Below, piece by piece: positions 47,701-57,964 of a stretch of 64,000 nucleotides of DNA (positions are counted from its first letter, which is position 1; every line of letters starts with the position of its first letter). The position numbers and the translations under genes are program-made. The DNA comes from Macrostomum hystrix (lineage: Eukaryota; Animalia; Platyhelminthes). Location of the stretch: positions 13,206,001 through 13,270,000 of the forward strand of contig CATNEN010000007.1 of assembly GCA_950097015.1 (NCBI GenBank). Reading direction: 5' to 3'. The notes below the pieces were generated by a model, which saw nothing but the letters and a program-made list of their open reading frames with translations, ran no database searches and was not told where the DNA came from.

Positions 47701-50582
47701 TGCGCGCCATTTGCTAGGCCCGAGAGCGTGACCCGATGTTTGGCTCCGGCTCCGGTGTTGCCGCCGCACCGCGGTTTAGCCAGTTCTGCCTCCTGGCGGA
47801 GGGCCGCGGCCTCGTACGCTGCCGGCCAACCAATGAGGCGCCGCACGCCCTATTTGGCGAGCGTCGCCAGCCGGCCATCGGGACTGCTGGCATTCTGGAG
47901 TTAACAGACCTGGCGGCCGGGACTGTCAGCTACCTGCCAGTGGAGCCACCGGGCCCCGCTGTGCGGATGGATGGGCGGATGGCCGGCCGCCCCGCCTCAT
48001 GGCTGGTGTCCGACCTGCCAAAGATTCTGGTGCAGGCTGCTGGTGGGGATCTGGTTTCCGCTGACCAGTCAGGCTCCGTCTGTTTGTGGCAGGTGGCGCC
48101 TGCTGGCCTGGAGACCGCACTGGCGGATTGGCGCCGGTTGCTAGGCGACGACAAATCGACGGCTGCAGTCGGGCCCCGCCAGATGTTAATCGAGCGGCGG
48201 CTGCCGCCTGGTGCCAGCGGGCTCTCAGGGCCAAAGCGAGGCCAGGTTGACCCCACTGGGGCGCCGCATGTTGGTGGCAACCGCTGGGCAGGCGGAACCG
48301 GTGGTCGCGACACGGCTGGATTGGGTGGAGTTGGTGGGCCATACCGTCTGGACGCCGGACACCATGTGTACCAGGTTCCCGATGAAATCAAGCGGGCTGT
48401 TCCTCCCGAGGTAAGTTTTTTGGTATTTATGACTGAAATGCTTTGAATTCGTGAAATCACGAGGGTGCTGTCCTGTTTTCTTCGGGTTTATTTTATGGGA
48501 CTCATCCGTGGCCCGCCAGATTTCCGAGGCCGCCCGCGAAATTGCTCGCAAGGCATGGCGGGAGCGCCTTCGTGAGATTGAGATGTCTGAACACGATGGC
48601 GAGTTGTACGACACCTATCTAAAGCGGGTGCATCCACAGGTGTCAGTACTAAGGGCGATGCTGCAGTCGCTGGAGGCGAAAGGGAAGGAGCGGGCCTGGC
48701 TCCGACACCAGGTAAGCCATTTCGAGCTCCAACATATTTGTAGGTTTAAATGTTTTCGTGTTTTCGTAAAACATGAAACGTTTAGTGTATCAAATCGTAA
48801 TACTTAATTTTATATAAAATACGATTGCTTATTTAATCATTAAAAAATTGTACTATTCTGAGCCGGGAATGTGTTGTCTATGGTAATTTTTTGTGAGATT
48901 TATTTGACAAAAACTAGGATATTATATCATATAATCTCCCCGAAATAAGGAGCATTATATGGAACATTTAAGTGAACTTTGAATTCGGCTTTTACGTTTT
49001 GCCACCACTGACTGACTGGCTGCTTCATGACGTATCTTCGTGAGAAATTTATTTTTTGTCTATGGTCGGAATCAAATGGTCTAAACCTATATGTCTAACA
49101 ATCAGATGGGATGCCCCGAAAATAAGCAATCGAATTTCATATATGATAAACGCCGTTTAATTCATCATAGTCTATGATAGTCTATGAATCTCGCTACGCT
49201 CGCCTCGAGACCATTAAACGCAGCCTCGGACATTTTAACCACAGAATGTGAATTAAACGGCGTTTATTATTTACGTATCCGCCTTTTGCCCCGCGCGAGT
49301 GTCTATGTAACGCATGTTTTCATTTATTTCCCTAGGTGAATAAATCATTTATTTCCCGATGTCCCGCGGGCTGATAAATTCGAGACAACAACCATAGACT
49401 AACAAAAACTAGTTAGTTTCAAGTTCTTTAGTACGTTAGTTCCCCTTGACTTTTTGTTAGTTTGCCCGTTGCAATTACGGGGGATACATACCATATTTCC
49501 AACTTATTTTGTTGTCTAGGGGCAAAGGCACTCGGTGTCTCGAGGAAGGCTCAACGAGACACCTTGAGCCTTTGCCCGCTAGACAACAAAATAAGTGGGA
49601 AATATTATAGATTTATCTAATTTGATTATTTTTATTGATCTCGCCAATCGAACATATCAAATATCTAATATCTAATTTGTCGCTGCCTAACCTAATACGA
49701 GTACGTGCTTTAGAGGTAAGGTCCCCCCTAGACACTGATGGCATGCTGGGCGTACCACAGTCCTGGAAAGTCCTTTTTGGCTAAAATTATCTATGGCACT
49801 CGTGCCGTACGATGAAAGCACAAGGCAGCGATATCCAAATCCAATTCCAAATCCTAGCCCTGCACTTCATTTTATGCTTTACTCAGACGCAGGGTGATCT
49901 GGACGATGGCAAGCTAGTGGAAGGGCTGGTCGGCGAACGCGCGGTCTACCGCCGCCGCGGCGAGCGGCCCCCGGAGCTTGGCACACCACCAGAAAAGCCA
50001 AAGCTTCTTCGGGTGCTCGTAGACGTGTCGGGCTCTATGTACCGCTTTAATGGCACCGACCAGCGGCTGCAGCGCCAATTAGAGGCATGTCTGATGCTCA
50101 TGGAGGCCTTCGAGGGCTTTGAGACGAAATTTGCCTACGAATTCCGCGGCCACAGCGGTGAGGGACCCGACTGGAGCTTCACAAGCGCTGTCCGTCCTCC
50201 AGCCAACCAGAAACAGCGGCTGGATGCACTGAAGGCCATGCTGGCCCACTCCCAATTCTGCATGAGCGGCGACCACACTGTCGAGGCCATCGACGTTGGT
50301 GTACGGCAGCTCGCCACGATCGATGCCGACGAACGCTTCATTGTAGTCTTCTCGGACGCCAACTTGGACCGCTACGGCATTCACCCTAAGCAGCTGGCCA
50401 GGGCTCTCACCCAGGATGCCAGGGTAACCGCATGCGCCATCTTCCTTGGTACCCTCGGAAACCAGGCGGCCTTTCTGCGCGAGAGTCTCCCCAGCGGCCA
50501 TGCCTTTGTCTGTCTTGACAATGCCAGCCTGCCCCAAATTCTGCAGCAGTTCTTCACATCCACCCTGCTGACTGCTGACTGA
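29751..50582 (+). CDS. VWA8: von Willebrand factor A domain-containing protein 8 (dynein-related AAA+ ATPase with C-terminal VWA). Exons: 29751-29834, 29946-30001, 30101-30175, 30673-31010, 35110-35455, 35594-36391, 39372-39670, 40171-40975, 41423-41577, 42326-42567, 42769-42971, 45976-46166, 46243-46368, 47279-47558, 47718-48410, 48520-48711, 49887-50582; 5' exon(s) upstream
   Basis: All 16 introns are GT-AG and phase-compatible, giving ~1860 codons. Diagnostic motifs: HLQWILQKDVLGQDVFLMGPPG, LDGLEKAERNVLPVLNNLLENRE, GNPLDPPLRSRFQ, GNQGVGKNK, VVDEADKAP, PHVGGNRWAGGTGGRDTAGLGG, MIDAS DVSGSMYRFN. Confidence 0.95.
30205..30646. repeat. 26-bp intronic minisatellite (TGCTAGCTGATGATTCCATGAGTAAG) x17
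   Basis: Directly visible. Confidence 0.96.
32041..32281 (-). mobile_element. Solo LTR, copy 1
   Basis: TGTGGTGA...TCATTACA termini, 5-bp TSD CCCAC on both sides, AATAAA on the minus strand. Confidence 0.8.
33093..33333 (-). mobile_element. Solo LTR, copy 2 (apparently identical; duplicated with the array)
   Basis: Same 241 bp and same CCCAC flanks, 1052 bp downstream. Confidence 0.8.
34135..34337. repeat. ~78-bp tandem repeat, ~2.6 copies
   Basis: TCCTAACCAATGCAATCGATATCCAATACACCCTAACTGAT occurs three times. Confidence 0.85.
34338..35099. repeat. 42-bp intronic minisatellite (CACTGCCGACTGATATTCATCAAGCCTGTTCTTAACCAGTTA) ~18 copies
   Basis: Directly visible; ends about 10 nt before the acceptor at 35109. 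Confidence 0.96.
36599..39207. repeat. 38/39-bp intronic minisatellite (ACTCCCTCCATCAGAGACAGCTGCTATCCAGTTACTTGC) ~67 copies
   Basis: Directly visible. Confidence 0.96.
39884..40129. repeat. 38-bp intronic minisatellite (TACACACTGACCCAGCCTTAGCCTCACAACTGCATCAC) ~6.5 copies
   Basis: Directly visible. Confidence 0.93.
41092..41366. repeat. ~24-bp intronic minisatellite (AGTACATTCACTCCCACACTCCCA)
   Basis: About 11 imperfect copies. Confidence 0.9.
43087..45975. repeat. 39/40-bp intronic minisatellite (CACCCAGTCCCAACATCATCCCTGCCAATCCACAGTCCAA) ~73 copies
   Basis: Directly visible; the last unit ends at the exon-12 acceptor. Confidence 0.96.
46467..47282. repeat. 23-bp intronic minisatellite (TTGCAGCCAGTTGCATTCCCCAC) ~35 copies
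   Basis: Directly visible; the last unit overlaps the exon-14 acceptor. Confidence 0.96.
49146..49267. repeat. Inverted repeat/hairpin (19-bp perfect arms)
   Basis: ATAAACGCCGTTTAATTCA ... TGAATTAAACGGCGTTTAT. Confidence 0.85.
49493..49605. repeat. Long imperfect palindrome (~50-bp arms)
   Basis: ATATTTCC.ACTTATTTTGTTGTCTAG.GGGCAAAGGC..GGTGTCTCG pairs with CGAGACACC..GCCTTTGCCC.CTAGACAACAAAATAAGT.GGAAATAT. Confidence 0.9.
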
Positions 50583-50953
50583 ATGCGTGGTCTACAACCC
50601 AGCCTAGCCCGCATCATGCAGCAGTTTTTTACATCCACCCTGCTGACTGCTGACTGAATGCGTGGTCTAAAACCCAGCCTAGCCCGCATCATGCAGCAGT
50701 TTTTTTACATCCACCCTGCTGACTGCTGACTGAATGCGTGGTCTACAACCCAGCCTAGCCCGCATCATGCAGCAGTTTTTTACATCCACCCTGCTGACTG
50801 CTGACTGAATGCGTGGTCTAAAACCCAGCCTAGCCCGCATCATGCAGCAGTTTTTTTACATCCACCCTGCTGACTGCTGACTGAATGCGTGGTCTACAAC
50901 CCAGCCTAGCCCGCATCATGCAGCAGTTTTTTACATCTAGCCTGCTGACTGCT
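50542..50953 (+). repeat. 75/76-bp tandem repeat spanning the VWA8 stop codon, ~5.5 copies
   Basis: The unit contains the last 12 codons, the TGA and the start of the 3' UTR. Confidence 0.95.
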
Positions 50954-52585
50954 TTACATTCTGTGCTCATTTACGCTCATATCTGTCAAATATATTTGCA
51001 AGCCAGGTCTTCTTGATTGATGTTAAATTTCACGGATACTGAGAATCTGCAGGTTATAATTCTTACTCGTTATCTTCGTTTTTTGTCAACCTGTATTTAA
51101 ATTTTATAGTAATCGTACTTCATCAGGCGTGGGCGGTGAAGTGCCGTTTAGAGTCAAAACAAAACACGGGAAGACCCAGGCCACCACAGCGGTGAACAGT
51201 GAGGCACCAAGCACCTTTTGTGCCGACTGCCCAAAGGCTCCTGACCGCGGCACATCCAGCCATGACAGCATAAGCCCGCGGCAGCTCTGAGATCGATTTT
51301 ATTAAGCAATGGTAGATATATATACTACTACATATGCATGGCTACAATCTAAATTTACAGTTAGCAAAAATATGAAGTATAAAAAATATACCTTCCATAT
51401 AAATCCTTAGTCCTCGTAAAATGATGACGATCTAAGGACTTTTTTTGAAAGCGTGAGGTTTAAAAAGTGGGAACATGGAAAGGGAAGATGAACATGATTA
51501 TTAGATAGATTTGAAATTTAGCAAGAGATTTGGGTAACAATTATGTGTGTAAAAGTGGTTCTGTTTAACAGGTTGACGTAAATAAGAATGGAAACAAGAA
51601 GCTAAGAAAAGGTAACAATCGGATCCGCAAAAATCCTGCGCAGGATTAAGAGAGCAAAAAGGAAAAAAGTTGTCTTAAATGCGTTACATTAATATTCATT
51701 ACTTTGAAATGCATTTCAATTATAAAGAGAGTTTGAATCTTATGAGACGTTGTCACTTGTCATTTTCTGCAGAAGGCGCTATGTAATTTAAATTAATGTG
51801 TCACTGAGTTGGGCCGTTTAGCGAATGTAATTTCCTTTCATAACTTTTGCAATTCGGTATATTTTTTTAGATCGCTACTGCCTACTGCAAAGTACATCCA
51901 AAACCCTTGTGCCACCCGTAATTATGATTTTCCTCACAGCCAATAGCGTGCGTCCACGCTCATGTTCAAAGGTCAGCTGCCTGTTCATTTTCTAGCCAAT
52001 CCCGCGCAGCGGCAAAAATTATGTTAAACTTTATGCCAGCCTATTTATCATAGCTCTCCTCCTCAGCGCGCCTCTCGGTCTATACTGTTACTCCCGGTCT
52101 ACTCTGTAACGTCACTTGCTCATTCGCCACTATCTAATAGATCCACCACTGCCACTGTCTGTTAACTGGCCATTGCTACACTCGGTTCACATGACACTTC
52201 TACAATCTGTTCGCCATTGGTACTCTCTGTTCACCTGCCATTGCTACCATCTGTTCACCTGTCCTTGCTACACTTTGTTCACCCTGCCTTTTCCACTGCC
52301 TTTAATTTGATTACTTCAATATTTCACGCCCCTATCTGTGTTGCAACCCGATCGTGTTCGCCGTGTTCAAATAAATATCGTCATCACCAGATCAAATTTC
52401 ATAGTAAATTAAGAGTGCTACCGCTATACCACTTTGTTGAGTCCAATCGAGTCAATCAATCTCGTTCACAGAGTAACCAATTTTGCAGAATAGCTGTAAG
52501 CTTTAAGTATTTTGGTTGAAAAGATTTAACCTTGTCTGCTGTAAGATAGGGCACTCAGAAACATAGTGAAAAAGCTTGTTTCCAA

Positions 52586-52910
52586 CCAGAGGTTGTAGCC
52601 TAGTGGTTAGGGCGTCAAACTGACGACTTGAAGGTCAGGGGTTCGATTCCCGACTCCATTGAAACAATTTGTGTCCTTTAGCAAGACACTCCTTAACTCT
52701 GCAGTGCTTCAGTTCTGGCCCAGCTGTTTAATAGATATCAGCATTTAGCTTGGGTAAATTGAAGGTGGGTGTGGCGTCCACCCAGTTCATGGACTGAACA
52801 GCTGTACGCAGTCTTCAGATGCGCCGCGCAATAGCTGCGGCTGTACTGTCGGCTGCACATCTGACCCGATTGGGGCAGGTGTAATCAATTATTTTTATTA
52901 AATATTACTA
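52586..52910 (+). mobile_element. tRNA-derived SINE with conserved central domain
   Basis: A box TAGCCTAGTGG, B box GGTTCGATTCC, central TGTGTCCTTTAGCAAGACACT motif, AT-rich tail, imperfect TSD TTG(T/C)TTCCAA. Confidence 0.82.
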
Positions 52911-53336
52911 TTGCTTCCAAACATTTTACAACATAGTTTGCACTACTCTTGTGTGAAATTAAAGGATAAAAATTCGCTTTTAAGTTTCATCATATCAGTA
53001 GCTCTAAGTATTTCTTGTTCCTAAAGTTGCATAGGAAGTAGACACGAGGCTGGAAGTAGACACAGTTGGGTGGATAAATACTTTGTAAAGTAGAGATTTG
53101 TAGTACTGTTTTAAGGTTTTGTGATTCATTATTTTTCTATCTATTTCTTCCAGTGAGCACTTAGATACTTGTTTTTTAGTTTAGCACTTTCTTTTTACTA
53201 TCTGAAATAAACTTTATTTCTTTCACTTTCTTCCTAGTATAGTACTTCTTTCTTCCCGGAGAATAGCGCTATTGATAAGAATAGCGCTATTCCGTCGACG
53301 CAATCGTTTGTGGCCCAAACGAAACTAGACACAATT

Positions 53337-53443
53337 TATGATTATCGAGAGGTCACGCTTCACACACAACTGCCTACCGGCCTACCGGCCTCGACGCTAA
53401 GGCAGTTAGTTTGTGTGTGAAGCGTGACCTCTCGATAATCATA
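53337..53443. repeat. Long palindrome (33-bp perfect arms plus inner stem)
   Basis: TATGATTATCGAGAGGTCACGCTTCACACACAA ... TTGTGTGTGAAGCGTGACCTCTCGATAATCATA. Confidence 0.92.
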
Positions 53444-55176
53444 CATTGTCACGTGTTCCGGATAGGAACAAAATCATTCCGGAAAGGAAAACACGCATGG
53501 CTAGGCGGGCCAACACGGGTCACAACGTCACAGTGGCATTATTATTGAAGTATATTGTAAAATCGAAAAACTATAATAGTAATTTTCAGACCTGTAAAAA
53601 TTTGATATCAAGAATCCTTAGAGTAATAATTAAATTTCCTAGTTGCACTAGGACAACTTAGGAGTTTGGTGGTATTAATGAGGATAAAGTTAGGATAATA
53701 AATTAGCCCTACAACACACTGTGTACCTCTCTTAACCTGGCCGATGACTCAGGGGCCTTCGCGAAACTGGCCTTGCTGATATTTTCTGCGCATATAGTAT
53801 ACCGCATTCTGTGCGAAATGCGTTATATGAATATAGAGTGGGAAACCGAAACCGAAACCATATATACGATATTTTTAGTTTCTATAGTATAGGCCCTAAT
53901 AATAAATTTTGCAGCCCAGCATAGCAAATAAAAGCTAAGCAAATCAGTCTGCCATTAGGGATAGGGATTGATTATAGATGAGCCTTGTCTTGCCTGATCA
54001 TTATTGTATAGCAATACTTTCGTTTTTTTCACTTCTGTATTACAAAGCTCTAAAGACTAAACTAATAGAGGTTTTTTCTTTGTTTTACATACTTATGAAC
54101 TCTAGTAGTCTAGATTCTTTTTGTAGCTGGACATTATTTACCTAGCTTAGGCATATTTCAGTCTTTCTTATTTAAAGCAGTTTTTTAGAATCGACAAGTA
54201 AAGTAGTATTGTCACAGGCATGATCCTGTTTAGATTTCCAACATTGTCTATGACTATAGGGTGGCTTTGACTGAAAAAGTTAGGTAAAAAGGAACAGTAT
54301 GATATAATATTTGCCTATTTATAATATTCCAGTAATAAATATTCCAGTAGTAAAAATAGAAAAGCAGTAATAAATGATCAAAATTAAGCTGTATAAATTG
54401 ACTTTTCACTACAAAGAATGTTCAATCATTATACCATTGCTTAGCTCTTGGCCAGTATTGCTAGCTAGGCCTACTCATCTGTAGGAAATAGCATTATATG
54501 TGTTCTGGCCACTGTGAGGGTGAGATCCACTTTAAGAAAATTGGAGGTAGTGGCTTACTCTTGAAGCTCAAGTTAAAAATCTTATAGATGAGGGGGCTGA
54601 CTTCTTACACAAAATCTGTTGTGTTTTTCTGGCCAGCTGCTCTACTTTTGGTTGGATAAGCACTATGCTCACCTCATAAAGCCTATGCAATTAGGGCCCT
54701 TTTAGCAATCTCAGCCTGTTTTGAATTGGAATGCTTTGTTGCATGTTTTTATATCCCACTTGATTAATTTTTAGGGTAGCAGCTATGTTGGGTTGGCAGT
54801 CATCTGTTGTCTCCTTAATAGACCAGTTGTTATTGTTGTAGTTGTGGCTAGCTACCCAATAATGTTTCTCATGAAGCATATCGATCAGGATTCTGAATAC
54901 TCAAACTGAAGCAGCTAATATTATTTTACATAGCCATGATAGAAAGCATAGTCCTATAGTCCTTAAAGCCTGGGGGACTTTTGTTTCCTTAAACTTGGGA
55001 CCATAGGATCAAGGCTTAATAGAGAGAATTAGCATTGCTTTAGGAACTATAAGGCAAATTATAGCTTAGTGAAAATATTTACAAAAATGGGACCTAGTCA
55101 GAACTTGGTAGACTGCCCTTATCAACTAATATATAGAAAAGAAACTTTCAGTTCTGGTCATCCCTATCTTGGGTCT

Positions 55177-55459
55177 ACAACTTTAGACTGCCATAATTTG
55201 ACTGCTAGACTTTTGACTACCAGCAAAATTTGACTATAAAACATTTCACTACTCAGCTTTTGACTGGTTGCAAGCAATGTTTTATTGTTGGACTTTTGAC
55301 TACCAGCGACTTTTGACTGCTGGACTGTTGGAGTCCAGCAGTCAGAAGTCTGGCAGTCGAATTTCACTGGCAGTCAAAATTCACTGGCAGTCAAAATTTG
55401 CTGGCAGTCGAATGTCCAACAGTCGAATGTTTAGCAGTCAAATTGTGGAAGTCTGTTGT
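55177..55459. mobile_element. Foldback/MITE-like element made of TTTGACT / AGTCAAA subrepeats
   Basis: AGACTGCCATAATTTGACTGCTAGAC ... GTTTAGCAGTCAAATTGTGGAAGTCT imperfect arms; subrepeat orientation flips at the centre. Confidence 0.65.
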
Positions 55460-55899
55460 GTTTTTGTCCCATGTTGTGTCAGAGCATGTTGTCTTACGAA
55501 CAAACACATCATAAGAGCATACACAGGCCTAACAAACACAAAGTGAATAAATTTATTGTAGCTGCTTAGCAGGTATACACTAGCTTTCATTCTGGGGCAA
55601 AAGCGGGGAATGCATCACAGTCCAAAAGTCTAAGTCTGCGACTAGAGTGGCCATAGACATCTTAAAGCACAGACATCAGACTCCTCCCTGTCCCAGAATG
55701 AAACATGTGGGAGGCTTTAGATTAGTCCTGTCTCTCAAACTGTATTAAGATCCAGGTGGCTCCTGCTGTGTAGTCTCCTTTGCTTTGACCACTGGATCAG
55801 CCAGTAGTCCCTCCAGACTTGGTCTCAATGGGCACTCTAGCATTGGTTGATTCTGTAGTTTTGCACACTGCTCAGTTTTGTGGGTGCCAGTAACCTAAA

Positions 55900-56700
55900 G
55901 TAATTTGGGTTCCACTGTCTCCTACATTTTCTGTCCAGTCTTTCACAGTTGATTCACATGTTTTTTCCAGAGTATTTCACAAACTCAAACCATGTAGGTC
56001 AGTGGGGCTGTCCACCTGATGATTGTTCCGACAGCCCACTTGTCCTTCCCTCTTTGTTGATCATGAGTCAGTACTCTCTCCGCCAGAAAACTCCACCACA
56101 GCCGATTATGCCCTGTCATGCAGTTCCTTCTGTTGATCCTGGCTGCACAGAACTTTTGACTTGGCATTAGGAAACAGGAGCAGCAACCTTGTTCTGACAG
56201 TTCTGCAAAACAGCAATTCAGATGGCATCTTGCCTGTTTTGCTGTGAGGTATTGTCTTGGCACCCAACAGAAAATTTGAAAGCTACTTCAGCATATCAGG
56301 ATCAATGGAAGCTTTTGGCACCTTTTTGACCTGCTTGACTATTTTTTCTGACAAGCCATTTGATCTTGGATGCCCAGGGCTACTCAGCGAATGTTGGATC
56401 CCATTTTGCCATAGGAACTTCTTAAAATGGATGTAAATGGAAAGCCATTGTCAGTGAAGCACCTGTGGCAATCCAAACCATGAAGATCTCCCTTAGACAC
56501 CGAACTGTGTTGTCCAATGTCACATTCTTCATTGGAATCACTTTGGGAAATTTACTCGTTGCATCAACAACCACCAGAAACATCCACAACTTGTATGGCC
56601 CTAAGAAATCTACGTGAATCTGAGTCCATGAAGTCGTTGGCCATGTCAGTGGGCTCAGTGCTAGAAGTGCTAGACCTCTGCAGCTGGCCTCCATTTCATG
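55900..56700 (-). pseudogene. Decayed Gypsy integrase fragment
   Basis: WPTTSWTQIHVDFLGPYKLWMFLVVVDATSKFPKVIPM...TVRCLREIF matches the integrase core N-terminus; stops and frameshifts follow. Lower boundary approximate. Confidence 0.75.
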
Positions 56701-57964
56701 TCTGTATTTCATTAATTCAATTGAAGTTCTCAACCCCTCAAAATAATAGGCAATTATTAGACAATAGAAGAACTCTGACCCATAACAAAGGCAGAGAAAG
56801 CTCACCTTGCCCCATCCATTTGCAGCACACCCCATGAATTGCCACTGAGTTCTGTTAGGTGAGCCTGAGCAAGCAACATATTGCTTAAATAACCTGCTGA
56901 AACATAAATTTAACACTATTGGAATCATTTAATACAACTACAACTGAGCACAGTATATGAATTATTTATATTGACATCTCATTCCCATCACGGTCATCAC
57001 TAACATCTTAATGTGTAACACTAACATCACTAACATCAGACTGTGTAATTTATGTCTGACACTCTAACATATTCATTCCAAATTAAATTTACTACCCAAT
57101 ATTTTATCATGCATGCATAGCTTTAAAACCACTTCAATAATACAAAATTTCAGAAAAATTACATACAAAATTAAAATATTTACATTTTTCCTAAATAAAA
57201 AAAAATATAAATTTTGGAAATCTCTAGTCCTAAGTATAGCAGTTCATTAATATATTTTTTGTTATGCATACTGACCTTGTTTGGTTTACTGTGAAAAAAG
57301 GAACTTGGGATTTTGCATCATATGTGATGCATCTTAAAAATGAGTGAGAAAGTATCACTAGAGAATTCTCACATATGTCCTTACATTATTGCAAAGATAA
57401 ATGTAACAACTAAATTGGCTAGAAAATGCTGATTGAACTGACACACACATACCCAGTTTGTATAAATTGTAGTTTGTATGTTTGTAAGTAAAAATGTAAA
57501 ATTTTATAAACTAAGAGTTAATGCTTAGGACATAATATTGTGCCTTGTGTTAGAAATATTTCTGTAATATTACTTATTACATGTGTAATTAATATTACAC
57601 AGATCGAATTTTTTAGAAAGGTTATGTTAAAATACAAAACAAGTTGTAAATAGCGCAGGAAGTTGCTAGAATTAATTTATGTACACTGCAAGTCTAACCT
57701 GCTTGAATGCATACTTGAATACTACTATTCCTAGTTAAAATAGAAAACGAGTGTCACAATTGTGATATTGTGACTATTGTCTAAAGGAGTCAGGAGTCAG
57801 GACTACACTTAATTTATACATTTACCAACATCTAGATCTACATGTACTATCTTTATTTTATAGGCCTTTATCATAATCAATGCTGTGCTTATTAGTACCC
57901 CAAATAGTGTACCCAGGTTAAATATAGACGGTTGTGTAAAGTATTTGGCTTTTTTCAGTCAGCG

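Noticed and set aside
52586-52662. Functional tRNA gene
   Set aside because: A and B boxes are present but the acceptor stem pairs poorly; it continues into a SINE body with a second copy in the window.
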